64,000 bases of DNA from Synechococcus sp. (GCA_051439605.1 JBFRWN010000098.1:1-64000), one strand, 5' to 3'. Shown: positions 1 to 10,875, numbered from the stretch's first letter. Notes: a model not told the origin generated them from the letters alone. A program made the numbers and translations.

Positions 1-125
1 CGATGGCCCTCTCCCCTAGCCCCTCTCCCGGCTCGGGAAAGGGGAACAAGAGCCTCGAAAGCCTATATTTCCTTTCAAGTAGCCCCAGAATTTGCATTAG
101 GGGCTAATTCTATCGAACTGGCGTT
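1..125 (+). repeat. MITE-like dispersed repeat, copy 1 (left end cut by the window edge)
   Basis: CGATGGCCCTCTCCCCTAGCCCCTCTCCCGGCTCGGGAAAGGGG matches the sequence from 14672 onward. Ends in ATCGAACTGGCGTT (112-125). Confidence 0.85.
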
Positions 126-251
126 AAGTGACAGAAGAGGATCCACGAACTTAGACCCTAGGTTTGAACGGGTTAGCCCATTGAGTTGTAGACGCTCTCG
201 TGGGTGGGGACGCTCGATCGGTTTGAAACTTCTATGGAAAGGGTTCACCCG

Positions 252-2594
252 CTACTGGAAGGGCACTTGGCCAGCGGTTGCTGTAGAGCTCGATCGCCCG
301 ATTGGCTGATTCAGTACAGCATCAATCGCCCCTACATCACTCTCGAAGAAGTAGCGCTGCAGGTAAATCTCCTCAGCCACAGTTCGTTCAAATTCCGCGA
401 CTAACTCGGTAAAGGATACAGTCTCTCGATACGCAGAGATGGTGAAGCAATCGCCATCCCGCTTCACCACAAACCCAACCGATTGCAGAGCATCTAATCC
501 CAAACCAAGAGTTGCAGCCGACACTTGCAAACTGGCACTCCACTTCGCCACAGAAGCATCTTCCCCCACTTTCAACAAAGACTTGGCCCAACCCACTAGG
601 GTTATCCATGCCAAGTTGGGCGATCGCTCGGCGAGCAGATCGTAGGCCAGTACCAGCGGGCGACCTGAGCGCATTCGCTTGAGCAGCTGCGTCCAATTGT
701 CCGGGCAGGTGGTCAACACGACGGGGTCGGTCACTGTGACCAGCCGCTTGGCAATTTCTCCCTCGGGTAACCCACGACAATCAATCACTTGGATGGGCTG
801 TACTCCTGATTGCTGCGAGGGATTTTCAGCCAGCCGCACGTCAATCAACCGCACTTGATAGGCAAATCTAGAGCCCTGCCGTTCCCGCTGCGTTCCCATA
901 TAGTCCAGCTCTACTACTGCATCGCATAATCCTTGCGGTAACTCGTGGGAGCGGTGTCCCCACCAAATGCCGTTAATGCTATGACCATTTCGATTAGAGG
1001 CGCGATCGCGCATGCGAAAGGTTGTGTAGATATAGCGCACCGTTTGGCCACTGGCATCTTTACTATTGCGATTGCGCACCTCGTCAAACTTTACCCCCCG
1101 CACCAGCAGACGGGGGATTGGATTGCCCATACCGTAGGGCTCCAGCTGACGCAATTGACGAAACAGATCTTGGCCCAAATCGTTGACAGATACCTCTAAG
1201 TCAATCGCCAGTTCGGGGGCTGGAAACCCATTGGGAAACAACTGCCGCAGCGTGTGGTTCAACCGCTGGCGCAATAGCGGCAAATTGTCAGCTGCCAGCC
1301 GCAGTCCGGCAGCCAGCGGATGACCCCCAAAGGAAACCAGCAGATCCTGCTGCAACTCTAAGAGTCGGTAGAGGTCAATTCCCGCCACCGATCGCGCCGA
1401 GCCCATCGCAATCTCCCCGTTGGGACTATCTTCAACGCGAAACACGAACGTTGGTCGTTGATAATCTCGAGCGAGTTCTCCAGCTACGATGCCCAAGACA
1501 CCTGCAGACCAGTCACGCGAAGCTAACACAATCGCGGAATCAGTGGACAAGTCGAGGGATTCTAGATGTTCTAGGGCCTGCCGCTTGACGCTGGCTTGCA
1601 TCCCTTTGCGGCGGGTATTGGCCAGCTCCGTTTGTTCCACCAGAGGTTTAACCTCGTTGAGGTCGCTTTCCACCAGCATCCGCACGCAAAAGGTGGCATC
1701 GCCATGAATGCGGCTGACGGCGTTAATGCGTGGCCCCAACCCAAAGGCAATATCCATGGCGCGATCGCCCGCCCGCTTGCAATTCTCCAACAGGAGTCGG
1801 ACGCCGGGCCGGGATTGTTTCTTCAGCTGTTGGATCCCCAATTGCGCCAGATACCGGACATCTCCCTTCAGGTTCACCAGATCGGCCACCAGACCAATGG
1901 CCACCAAATCCAGCAGGTCGGCCAAAGGGCGCGTAGGAATCTCGGGGACTGCTAGATAGAGGGCTTCCACAAATTTGTAGGCCACCGCCACGCCAGACAG
2001 GCTGGCTAACGGATGAGTACTGGAAAACTGGCGGGGGTTGAGGGTGGCGATCGCATCCAGAGGGTGTGACGGCAAGGTGTGGTGGTCGGTGATGATGACG
2101 TCAACCCCCAGTTGGTTCGCTGCAGCGATCGCTGCCAAGCTCGTGCTACCGGTGTCGCAGGTGACTATGAGTGTTGTGCCCTCAGCCTGCAGCCGTTTCA
2201 CCCCCTCCACCGAAAGACCGTGGGATTCCGTCAGCCGATTGGGAATGTAGAAATTGAGCTGTTGGGGAGATAAAAACTGAGCCAATCCCTCTAGCAGAAC
2301 AGCAGTGGCCGTGACACCATCTGCATCGAAATCGCCCCAGATGGTCACCCTCTCTTCACTTTCGCGAGCCAGTAATAGGCGATCAACTGCCTGCCGCATC
2401 TCGGGAAACGCCCAAGGCTCTGTTGGCTGGTAAGCATCCGGCTGACAAAAGGCCGTGACGGCATCGGGTGTCTTCAGGCCCCGCTGAACAAGGAGTTGAG
2501 CAGTCGCCTCCCCCACCTGCGCCACCATCCAGCCCGGCGGTACAACAGCAGGGGTCAATGTCCAGAGTTTGGAGGGGAGATCGCTGGCAGTCAT
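252..2594 (-). CDS. recJ: Single-stranded-DNA exonuclease RecJ
   Basis: DHH-family motifs GDFDADG, TCDTG, TDHH, DLVAIGLVAD, GSARS and GGHPLAAG. ATG at 2594; the ORF extends to 2606. Confidence 0.95.
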   Translation of the reverse strand: MTASDLPSKLWTLTPAVVPPGWMVAQVGEATAQLLVQRGLKTPDAVTAFCQPDAYQPTEPWAFPEMRQAVDRLLLARESEERVTIWGDFDADGVTATAVLLEGLAQFLSPQQLNFYIPNRLTESHGLSVEGVKRLQAEGTTLIVTCDTGSTSLAAIAAANQLGVDVIITDHHTLPSHPLDAIATLNPRQFSSTHPLASLSGVAVAYKFVEALYLAVPEIPTRPLADLLDLVAIGLVADLVNLKGDVRYLAQLGIQQLKKQSRPGVRLLLENCKRAGDRAMDIAFGLGPRINAVSRIHGDATFCVRMLVESDLNEVKPLVEQTELANTRRKGMQASVKRQALEHLESLDLSTDSAIVLASRDWSAGVLGIVAGELARDYQRPTFVFRVEDSPNGEIAMGSARSVAGIDLYRLLELQQDLLVSFGGHPLAAGLRLAADNLPLLRQRLNHTLRQLFPNGFPAPELAIDLEVSVNDLGQDLFRQLRQLEPYGMGNPIPRLLVRGVKFDEVRNRNSKDASGQTVRYIYTTFRMRDRASNRNGHSINGIWWGHRSHELPQGLCDAVVELDYMGTQRERQGSRFAYQVRLIDVRLAENPSQQSGVQPIQVIDCRGLPEGEIAKRLVTVTDPVVLTTCPDNWTQLLKRMRSGRPLVLAYDLLAERSPNLAWITLVGWAKSLLKVGEDASVAKWSASLQVSAATLGLGLDALQSVGFVVKRDGDCFTISAYRETVSFTELVAEFERTVAEEIYLQRYFFESDVGAIDAVLNQPIGRSSSTATAGQVPFQ

Positions 2595-2643
2595 TGCAAC
2601 CGGCAACGGAGTCGCCGACTAACCTACACAGTTACGAACATAG

Positions 2644-3861
2644 TTACGAAATCTCGAGCTGGACTGCCGCTACTGCAGACGAAGCCCGATCGCGGGCTTC
2701 CTCAACAGAGTTGCCAGCAGCCAGTGCCACCCCCAACCGACGATTGGGATAGGCTTTGGGCTTACCAAACAACAACAGCTGACTTTCCGATACCGCCAGA
2801 GCTCGATCCAAATTGCCAAACGCAATCGTCTCTCCGGTAGCGTGCGCTAGCACCACTGCACTAGCAGCCGGGGTCAGCAAGCGAATTTCGGGGATGGGCA
2901 GCCCCAACAGAGCGCGGGCATGGAGGGCAAACTCGCTCAAATTTTGGCTGGCCAGCGTCACCAAGCCAGTGTCGTGGGGGCGGGGGGACACTTCGCTAAA
3001 CCATACGGTGTCACCTTTGATAAACAGCTCCACCCCAAAAATGCCGTAGCCCCCTAGAGCATCCGTAATAGTCTTGGCGATCTCCTGCGATCGCTCCAGA
3101 GCAGCCGTAGACATCGCGCAGGGCTGCCAACTTTCCCGATAGTCCCCCGACTCTTGGCAATGCCCGATGGGGGGGCAGAAAAAGGTGCCGTTGCAGGCTC
3201 GCACCGTCATCAACGTGATTTCGTAGTCGAAGTCCACAAACCCCTCGACAATCACTTCGGGTGCGTCCTCCGACTGCGAGCCCCTTCCACCTGAGCAAGC
3301 ATAATCCCAAGAATTTGAGAGTGCTTCGGACACTTTGGCAACGCTTTGCCCCTTGCCGCTGGAACTCATAATCGGCTTAATCACGCAGGGGAAACCGACT
3401 TCAACAGCGGCAGCCTCTAACTCCGCCAGCGATCGCGCAAATCGATAGGGGCTAGTGGGTAACCCTAATTCTTCGCTGGCCAGTTGGCGAATCCCCCGGC
3501 GGTTCATGGTCAGTCGCACGGCCCGCGCCGTCGGGATCACCCCTTGTCCTTTGGCCTCAAGCTCCTCTAGCGTCTTTGTACTGATGGCTTCCACCTCGGG
3601 CACCACCAAATCTGGCTGCTCTTTCGCAATGAGGGCAGCCAGCTCCTCAGCATCCAGCATGTTGACGACGTAGGAGCGATGGGCCACCGCATGGGCGGGA
3701 GCATCGGCATAGCGATCGACCGCCACGGTCTCCACACCGAGGCGCTGCAGTTCAATCACCACTTCTTTTCCCAGTTCGCCGCTGCCCAGCAGCATGACTT
3801 TACGGGCACCAGAGGCGAGAGGAGTGCCGTACTGAATTGAAGAAGCAGGTGGTTGGCTCAA
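2644..3861 (-). CDS. purT: Formate-dependent phosphoribosylglycinamide formyltransferase
   Basis: [23 protein letters not shown] and [10 protein letters not shown] motifs of ATP-grasp PurT. Confidence 0.96.
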   Translation of the reverse strand: MSQPPASSIQYGTPLASGARKVMLLGSGELGKEVVIELQRLGVETVAVDRYADAPAHAVAHRSYVVNMLDAEELAALIAKEQPDLVVPEVEAISTKTLEELEAKGQGVIPTARAVRLTMNRRGIRQLASEELGLPTSPYRFARSLAELEAAAVEVGFPCVIKPIMSSSGKGQSVAKVSEALSNSWDYACSGGRGSQSEDAPEVIVEGFVDFDYEITLMTVRACNGTFFCPPIGHCQESGDYRESWQPCAMSTAALERSQEIAKTITDALGGYGIFGVELFIKGDTVWFSEVSPRPHDTGLVTLASQNLSEFALHARALLGLPIPEIRLLTPAASAVVLAHATGETIAFGNLDRALAVSESQLLLFGKPKAYPNRRLGVALAAGNSVEEARDRASSAVAAVQLEIS

Positions 3862-3885
3862 GGAATCATCTCTCTATTGCAGGGA

Positions 3886-4422
3886 TTAAGCGGCAGGCTT
3901 AGTTGTAATTTTACGAATATCGGAGCTCAGAGACGCAGCGCTAAACCCTGTGTCATTTTGTGAAACCGTGGAGCGCATGCGTAGGTTTTCGCTTGCAAAC
4001 CAGACGCGTTCTTCCGAGGTACCGGCTTCGCTGGTCAGCGTCATACTCATAGCCCCATCTTCACCGATCGCATAGGTACCGCGAGCAACTGCAGGCTGGT
4101 TCTTGCCGTTGGAAGTCCTTACCAGCTGGCCCACAGTCCCGCTGCCCGCCTCGGGGATAAACACCATCACGGTGAGTTCGGTGCGGTCTTGCAGGTCACC
4201 ATCCAGTCGCCCCGTCCAAACCAGCTTGAGTCCACCCCCCGTGGAATCTGGCGCAATGTTGTGCTGCTGGCACAGCTCTACTAATTCGGGGGATGAAGCG
4301 CTGAGGGGCTCAACGTTGACCACCGAACGACCGCTGGCATATTCCCCATCGGCGACCTGGTGGTTGGTCTGCTGCGACATCCACTCGCCAACACTTTGCT
4401 GCAAAAATTCATCCAGATTCAT
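3886..4422 (-). CDS. CpcS/CpeS-family phycobiliprotein lyase (CpcU-like)
   Basis: Starts MNLDEFLQQSVGEWMSQ and contains SEERVWFASENLRMR and SDIRK, typical of the family. ATG at 4422; the upstream ORF extension overlaps the neighbouring gene. Confidence 0.85.
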   Translation of the reverse strand: MNLDEFLQQSVGEWMSQQTNHQVADGEYASGRSVVNVEPLSASSPELVELCQQHNIAPDSTGGGLKLVWTGRLDGDLQDRTELTVMVFIPEAGSGTVGQLVRTSNGKNQPAVARGTYAIGEDGAMSMTLTSEAGTSEERVWFASENLRMRSTVSQNDTGFSAASLSSDIRKITTKPAA

Positions 4423-4544
4423 GCTAGGGACATCCCGTTCCCCGTTCGGGATCGGCGCAAAACGACTCGTCGATTTTATCGCAGCGTTGCAGTCTAGATA
4501 AATGCGATAGGGGCAAGCCTTCCGCAGAACTTTGCCAGTTTTCA

Positions 4545-5111
4545 CTAACTGGCAAGCTGTTGCATACCCACCAGGATGGTCCAAGCATCCGCTAACAACA
4601 ACAGCAGCGTACAGCCCAACAAAGCCAAATACATCCACGGCTGTGCTAAAGCCCTCACGGTAGAGGTGTCGATCGCCGTGTTGTCTTGTACCTCTGCCAG
4701 TAGTTTCTTAAATCCAACAATCCGCATGGGAAGGAGGTAGGCGCGATCGCGGGCGTGACTGACAAAGTAGTACACCAATCCCCCCTGTCCCGTTGTCCGC
4801 ATTGACAGGTCTTTGACTTCAGACCAAGGTAACGACCAGCCCTTACGCAGCCAGCGCACCCAACTCGGATAAGTCACAGCGATCCCCCATTCGCTGGTCT
4901 CTACCCGCTCGCTGAGAATGCCGAAGAGGGCAATGAACCCAACCCCAATCCCCACGGCTAATCCCTGTGGCGGAATGACCGCATGAGTAACCTTCGCCAA
5001 CAGAGGCAAGGGAATCGTCAAGGCAACATATAGACCTAAAAGCGTAAAGCGGATGAGGGGCGAGATATGAAAGATTTGGACTTCGTTAGACGCTGAACTG
5101 ATTTGCGACAT
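4545..5111 (-). CDS. Conserved cyanobacterial membrane protein, function unknown
   Basis: 188 aa with three hydrophobic segments; FHISPLIRFTLLGLYVALTIPLP and RTTGQGGLVYYF motifs. Confidence 0.75.
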   Translation of the reverse strand: MSQISSASNEVQIFHISPLIRFTLLGLYVALTIPLPLLAKVTHAVIPPQGLAVGIGVGFIALFGILSERVETSEWGIAVTYPSWVRWLRKGWSLPWSEVKDLSMRTTGQGGLVYYFVSHARDRAYLLPMRIVGFKKLLAEVQDNTAIDTSTVRALAQPWMYLALLGCTLLLLLADAWTILVGMQQLAS

Positions 5112-5129
5112 GGTGATAAAACAGGGGAA

Positions 5130-6044
5130 TTATTGCAAGGTTGCTGGGGGCGCAGATTCTATTTCTATTGTGCGGTGGGTTCTGGGATGGGTAAATGCAA
5201 GTCGATGGGCATGTAGCCAATAGCCGCAATCTCCAGGGACAGGACTCCGGTCTCCAGAATCGCAGATTAGAGGCAGACCACCATTGATATACAGGGGATC
5301 TCCCAAGAGTGGATATCCCACGGACGCTAAGTGAATCCGAATCTGATGGGGGCGCCCGGTGAGAATTTCAACATCTAGCAGCGTGTTCGTTTGCGATCGC
5401 GCCAAACCCCGAACGTGACTGCGGGCTGGTTTGCCGCGCTCGCTAGCTGCGAAGATACTACCCAGCAAGGGATGGGGTACGTGCCCAATTGGAGTCGCAA
5501 TCGTCAGCGTTTCTGGTAATGCTGACGGTCCGATCAGGGCTCGATAAATCTTGCGAATTTGGCGATCGCGCATCTGTTGGCTGAGGCTGGATTTCCCTAA
5601 CGGCGATCGGGCTAGCAGCACCACTCCCGAGGTGCCTCGACCTAAGCGATGAATGGGAATGGGGGTGAGGTCGGGATAGTGCAGCGTTAGCTGATGGAGG
5701 AGGGTGTGTTCTAGGAATCCTCCCCCTGGCATAACGGGCAATCCGCTGGGCTTCGAAACCGCGAGCAGATCGTCATCTTCGTATAGGAGGTCAAACTCCA
5801 GCGGAACATCGGGTTCCTGCCAGGGAGGACGATGGTAGGCGAGGCGATCGCCGGCTTTGAGGGTTTGATGGGGCCGGGCTGGGCGATTGTTCAGCTGTAC
5901 TTGACCTGATTCGATACGGTTTAGCCAATCTGCCCAAGATGAATGTCGATACCGTTGGGCGTAGTACTCTACGACCGTTTGACCGCAGTGCAACACCTGT
6001 TCTCGATAGACCCATCCCTGATTCATACCGTTATTTTCGACCAT
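5130..6044 (-). CDS. RluA-family RNA pseudouridine synthase
   Basis: KPSGLPV, HRLGRGTSG, TGRPHQIRIH, GDPLY and LHAHRL motifs. The usual HRLD reads HRLG here. Confidence 0.88.
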   Translation of the reverse strand: MVENNGMNQGWVYREQVLHCGQTVVEYYAQRYRHSSWADWLNRIESGQVQLNNRPARPHQTLKAGDRLAYHRPPWQEPDVPLEFDLLYEDDDLLAVSKPSGLPVMPGGGFLEHTLLHQLTLHYPDLTPIPIHRLGRGTSGVVLLARSPLGKSSLSQQMRDRQIRKIYRALIGPSALPETLTIATPIGHVPHPLLGSIFAASERGKPARSHVRGLARSQTNTLLDVEILTGRPHQIRIHLASVGYPLLGDPLYINGGLPLICDSGDRSPVPGDCGYWLHAHRLAFTHPRTHRTIEIESAPPATLQ

Positions 6045-6214
6045 CAGCGCATAGAGAGATAGTCAAACCGCTGAGAACATCTCAGTTACCCAGAATTCAG
6101 GCAAGGCTGAAACTGTCTGATCCACACCCACCGCAGTTGATTCTCAAGCGGTACCCGATCTGAAAACTTTGCACATTAAATTCCATACCCATAAAAAGCC
6201 TTTCATTGCATTCT

Positions 6215-7129
6215 CTAACCACCCGATCGCGCATGATGCTTGTGCCAATGGCGTGCAATATCCACACGACGACAGACCCAAACGCGATCGTGGCTTTGCA
6301 CGTAATCCAAGAACTTGGCTAACGCTGCCGCTCGCCCAGGCCGCCCCGACAGTCGGCAATGGAGCCCCACACTCATCATTTTTGGGCTGGTTTTCCCCTC
6401 GCCATACAGCACATCAAAGGCATCCTTCAAGTAGGTAAAAAACTGATCGCCACAGTTAAACCCTTGCGAAGTGGCAAACCGCATGTCGTTGCTATCGAGG
6501 GTGTAGGGAATCACTAAGTGGGGTTTCCCATAGTCATGCACCCAGTAGGGTAAATCGTCGGCATAGCTATCGGCATCGTACAGAAATCCTCCGGCTTCCA
6601 CGACCAAACGGCGGGTATTGGGGCTCAGCCGTCCTTGATAGAAACCCAGCGGACGACTGCCGATGACATCGGTATGAATGGCGATCGCCTTTTGAATGTG
6701 CTCCCGTTCGACCTCTTCCCCCACGTACTGATAGTCAATCCAGCGGTAACCGTGGCTGGCCACCTCCCAACCAGCCTCTACCATGACTCGGCCAGCAGCA
6801 GGATTGCGGGCTAGTGCCATGGCGACGGCATAGACGGTGACAGGCATCGATCGCTGGGTAAACAAGCGATGCAAGCGCCAAAATCCCGCCCGACTACCGT
6901 ACTCGTAAATCGATTCCATATTCAGATTGCGCACCCCCATCAGCGGCTCAGCCCCCACAATCTCCGATAAAAACGCTTCAGAGGCCGGGTCCCCATGCAG
7001 GATGCAGTTTTCTCCACCTTCCTCGTAATTAATGACAAACTGCAGGGCGAGTCTGGCTCCGTTGGGCCATTGGGGATGGGGGGGAGTTTGACCGTAACCC
7101 ACCATGTCGCGAGGGTAAGAATGAGCCAT
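6215..7129 (-). CDS. puuE: Allantoinase PuuE (polysaccharide deacetylase fold)
   Basis: LQFVINYEEGGE, ESIYEYGSRAGFWRL, HGYRWIDY, PYTLDSNDMRF and GLHCRLSGRPGR. Confidence 0.92.
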   Translation of the reverse strand: MAHSYPRDMVGYGQTPPHPQWPNGARLALQFVINYEEGGENCILHGDPASEAFLSEIVGAEPLMGVRNLNMESIYEYGSRAGFWRLHRLFTQRSMPVTVYAVAMALARNPAAGRVMVEAGWEVASHGYRWIDYQYVGEEVEREHIQKAIAIHTDVIGSRPLGFYQGRLSPNTRRLVVEAGGFLYDADSYADDLPYWVHDYGKPHLVIPYTLDSNDMRFATSQGFNCGDQFFTYLKDAFDVLYGEGKTSPKMMSVGLHCRLSGRPGRAAALAKFLDYVQSHDRVWVCRRVDIARHWHKHHARSGG

Positions 7130-7354
7130 AGCGATCGCTGGCCTTAAGCTTGCTGTTCGAGAATCAATCCTAGCGCCAGGGATTGAGGGGCGATCGCCGC
7201 TGTCTCACCCCACCGCTACAAACGCACTTCAATCCTGTTTCATCAGTGAACTCCTGGAACAGGATTTTGGGCGATCGCGGTTTTGAACAGAGAGTTGGGG
7301 TGATGACTAACTTGTGGGCTTAAGGTGTGAAATTGGCTTGTTCGAGCTAAAACA

Positions 7355-7368
7355 GTATTCCACACTAC
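7355..7368. promoter_or_regulatory. Candidate NtcA box (GTA-N8-TAC)
   Basis: GTATTCCACACTAC in the divergent puuE/TPR intergenic region. No correctly spaced -10 box was found, and the motif is frequent by chance. Confidence 0.3.
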
Positions 7369-7462
7369 ACATATGGCTGGAGAGATCGGGGCGAGGATGA
7401 GTTAAGAGTCATGGGCGATCTCGGTCAGGGGCCATGAGGTGCTTACACTCTCGGTGTTAGTT

Positions 7463-9136
7463 ATGAAACGAATCACAATTGTGGTGCTCGCAGCACTGTT
7501 GTTTTTGGGGCTGATGAATCAGTCTCGGATCGGGTCCTTGATTGCGGAAGACGGTCAACGGGCGATCGCGGCTGAGACAGCACAAGTCCCTCTGTTTGAG
7601 GGGTTAGAGACTGTCAGTCACCCCATTACCACCTCTTCAGAACTGGCCCAACAGTATTTCAATCAGGGGTTGGCCCTCACCTTTGGGTTTAATCATGCGG
7701 AGGCGGCGCGATCGTTTCGAGAAGCAGCCCGGATAGATCCTGACTGCGCCATGTGTTATTGGGGGGTGGCCTACGTCCTAGGACCGAACATTAATGCGGC
7801 GATGGACGATGATTCTGTACCGGAAGCTTACAGCGCAATACAAACGGCACTGCAGCTAGCGGACAATGCCAGCGATCGCGAGGAAGCCTACATTCAAGCC
7901 CTGACTTATCGCTATTCCGATGTAGTCGTCGACGATCGCTCGGACCTGGACACCAGTTTTGCAGAACAGATGGGTCAGGTGGCACAGCAATACCCGGACG
8001 ACTTGGATGCAGCGGTCTTCTACGCAGAAGCGCTGATGGATACCACCCCCTGGAACTATTGGGATGAGGAGGGCCAACCTCGGGAAGCCACCCGCAAGGT
8101 GCTCGACACCCTGGAATCGGTCATCAGCCGCGACCCCAACCATCCCGGCGCGAACCATCTCTATATCCATGCCGTGGAAGCGGTACATCCCGAGTGGGGG
8201 GAATCTGCTGCCGATCGCTTGGGGACACTGGTGCCTGGTTCCGGTCACTTGGTGCACATGCCATCGCACATTTACATCAACATCGGGCGCTATCGCGATG
8301 CAGCCACGGCTAACAAAGCGGCGATCGCCGCAGACGAAGACTACATCACCCAATGCCACGCCCAAGGAATTTACCCGGTGGTTTACATGCCCCATAACGA
8401 GCATTTTTTGTGGGCCAGTGCAGCCATGAGCGGCCAAAGCCAGCTGAGTATTGAGGTAGCTAGAAACTTAGCAGCAGGGCTCGATCGAGAAATGATGCGG
8501 GAGTTGGGGGCGATTCAGCATTACTCTGCGATTCCCTATTACGCACTGCAGCGGTTCGGCCATTACGACGAGATTTTGGCGGAACCAGCTCCGGAAAGCG
8601 GGCTGAAATATCCCACAGGAGTGTGGCATTACGTGCGCGGCATGGCGTTGGCCGCCAAGGGACAGTTTGAGGAAGCCGGTCAAGAGCTGCAGTCTCTGCA
8701 GGCCCTGGCTACCGATCCAGAACTGGAAGACGTGACCATTTGGGACTTGAACTCAACAGCACGGCTGTTGGAGATTGCCTCTGAGGTATTGCAGGGGGAA
8801 ATTGCCTCCCGTCAGGAGGACCTGGAAACAGCCATTGACCATCTGGAAGCGGCGATCGCGATCGAAGATCGATTAATTTACGACGAACCAGAAGATTGGA
8901 ATCAGCCGGTGCGGCAGCTGTTGGGCGCAGTCCTACTCGCAGCTGATCGTCCGCAGGAGGCCGAAGCATTTTACCGCCAGGATCTAATCGACCACGAGCG
9001 CAATGGCTGGTCGCTGTTTGGTTTAGCCCAAAGTCTAGAGGCGCAGGGTCGGGATGCTGAAGCTGACTTAGTGCGCGATCGCTTTGACGAAGCGTGGCAG
9101 GATGCTGACGTGCAGCTTACTGCCTCTCGCTTCTAG
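7463..9136 (+). CDS. Secreted TPR-repeat protein
   Basis: Signal-like N-terminus MKRITIVVLAALLFLG. Conserved-looking blocks AQQYFNQGL, GFNHAEA, DPDCAMCYWG, HPGANHLYIHAVE, HLVHMPSHIY and NGWSLFGL. Confidence 0.8.
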   Translation: MKRITIVVLAALLFLGLMNQSRIGSLIAEDGQRAIAAETAQVPLFEGLETVSHPITTSSELAQQYFNQGLALTFGFNHAEAARSFREAARIDPDCAMCYWGVAYVLGPNINAAMDDDSVPEAYSAIQTALQLADNASDREEAYIQALTYRYSDVVVDDRSDLDTSFAEQMGQVAQQYPDDLDAAVFYAEALMDTTPWNYWDEEGQPREATRKVLDTLESVISRDPNHPGANHLYIHAVEAVHPEWGESAADRLGTLVPGSGHLVHMPSHIYINIGRYRDAATANKAAIAADEDYITQCHAQGIYPVVYMPHNEHFLWASAAMSGQSQLSIEVARNLAAGLDREMMRELGAIQHYSAIPYYALQRFGHYDEILAEPAPESGLKYPTGVWHYVRGMALAAKGQFEEAGQELQSLQALATDPELEDVTIWDLNSTARLLEIASEVLQGEIASRQEDLETAIDHLEAAIAIEDRLIYDEPEDWNQPVRQLLGAVLLAADRPQEAEAFYRQDLIDHERNGWSLFGLAQSLEAQGRDAEADLVRDRFDEAWQDADVQLTASRF

Positions 9137-9224
9137 TCCTCCCTCAGCCCCTCCAACCCTCTAGAGGCCTCGCGGATGATAAAAGTGAGCCAGCTTGCCC
9201 TCGGAGGGGGGCTCGTTCCCACAG

Positions 9225-10709
9225 TTAACGGACATTGACAAAACGCTCCTTTGCGATGGCTCTCAATCTGGCAATATCCTCTTGGCGCGACACCGACAGC
9301 GGTATCGTTTGCGCCATCTCTTCGCAAATCAACTCAGTATTACAGGGCTTGTTGTAATACAGCGATTGATACAGCGATGCCGTCACCGCCTGTTCGATCT
9401 CCGCTCCGCTAAAGCCCTCCGATGCCTCCACCAGCTGAGGCAGGTCGAACTCGCTCACTTCCTGCTTGCGTTTGCGCAAATGAATGGTGAAAATCTGGGC
9501 TCGCTCGTCGAGATCGGGTAAGTCCACAAAGAAAATCTCGTCAAACCGACCCTTTCTCAACAATTCCGGTGGTAGCCCAAACAAATCGTTAGCCGTTGCC
9601 ACCACAAACACCGAAGCGTTTTTCTCCTGCAGCCAAGTTAAAAAAGCCCCCAGCATGCGCTTGCTGGTACCCAATTCCCCATCGCCGCCACTGCTGATGG
9701 CCTTCTCGATCTCGTCAATCCACAGCACTGCAGGAGCCATTACCTCCGCCATGGCGATCGCCTTGCGGAAATTTTTCTCCGATTCCCCCACGTATTTGTC
9801 GTAGACCTGTCCCAGATCCAATTTGAGCAGGGGGATGTTCCACTCGCGAGCGATCGCTTTCACCGCCAACGACTTACCGCACCCCTGCACTCCGACAATG
9901 CAAATACCGCGAGGGGGACTCAGATTGAGGCTTTGGGCTGTCTTGGTAAATCCCACCCGCGCCCGATGCAGCCAACGCTTCAGGGAGTTGAACCCTCCCA
10001 ATTCCGAGAGGTTATCTTCTGGAGGAAAGTACTCCAGCATGCCTCTGGCCCGCACCATTTCAGCTTTGCTTTGCTGAATGACGTGAATATCGTTGCGACT
10101 GAGCTTTCCATCCACCAGCATGGCGAACGTGATGGCACGGCGGGCGCAATCGAGGGTCATGCCATTCAATGCCCGCAATAGTTCTTCAATTTCGTTGGGT
10201 TGCAGCACCATCTCGGTATTGTGCTGAGCCCGTTGTTGCCGGACCACCGACCGTAGCACTCCACGTAGCTCGTGATAGTCAGGCAGCGGTAATTCCCAAT
10301 GGGCCACCAGACTGTCGATTTCGCTGGGTAACTTCATCTCTGCATCGGCTAGCACGATCGCCGACCGACTGCGGGCATATTTTTGCGCTACCTCTCGAAA
10401 CAACCGAATATTGAAAGCCCCGGTTAAATGCTTTGAGAAGTCTTTCAGCAGGTAAATGCCCTCATCCGGTTGTTTATATAGGTGGGCCAGCAGTTTACTG
10501 GGGTCTTCGGTACCATTGATGCCCATCTCCCGCGGAGGGCGCGTTAACCCGCGCGTAAAAGACCATTCCATCAGTGGCAGCCCAACATCTTTGGCAATGG
10601 TGCCGATGACCTCCTGCACCCGCTCCTCTTCCACGGTTTCAATCGCTACCACGGGATGCAGAGATCTGACGAGAGTTTTTAGTTTGTGGGTGCATTCCGA
10701 AAGAACCAT
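9225..10709 (-). CDS. Ycf46-like AAA+ ATPase
   Basis: Walker A GVQGCGKS, Walker B VLWIDEIE and [20 protein letters not shown]. Probable ATG at 10709. Confidence 0.88.
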   Translation of the reverse strand: MVLSECTHKLKTLVRSLHPVVAIETVEEERVQEVIGTIAKDVGLPLMEWSFTRGLTRPPREMGINGTEDPSKLLAHLYKQPDEGIYLLKDFSKHLTGAFNIRLFREVAQKYARSRSAIVLADAEMKLPSEIDSLVAHWELPLPDYHELRGVLRSVVRQQRAQHNTEMVLQPNEIEELLRALNGMTLDCARRAITFAMLVDGKLSRNDIHVIQQSKAEMVRARGMLEYFPPEDNLSELGGFNSLKRWLHRARVGFTKTAQSLNLSPPRGICIVGVQGCGKSLAVKAIAREWNIPLLKLDLGQVYDKYVGESEKNFRKAIAMAEVMAPAVLWIDEIEKAISSGGDGELGTSKRMLGAFLTWLQEKNASVFVVATANDLFGLPPELLRKGRFDEIFFVDLPDLDERAQIFTIHLRKRKQEVSEFDLPQLVEASEGFSGAEIEQAVTASLYQSLYYNKPCNTELICEEMAQTIPLSVSRQEDIARLRAIAKERFVNVR

Positions 10710-10875
10710 GGTCGTAGGGGTGGAGAATTGCCAGTTGTTTCCAGCTTTCCCCCATCGGCAGTTAGCATTCCCGATGGGGCTAGGGCGATCGCCCAGATAG
10801 TCCACCCATCAATACCTGCTGAGAACACTGTCGCAAGACCCTCCGGCGGAACCTGAGAGTCAATTCAATTGTGGG

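Noticed and set aside
4423..4638. N-terminal extension of the lyase ORF
   Set aside because: It overlaps the neighbouring gene, and the family-like sequence begins at the ATG at 4422.
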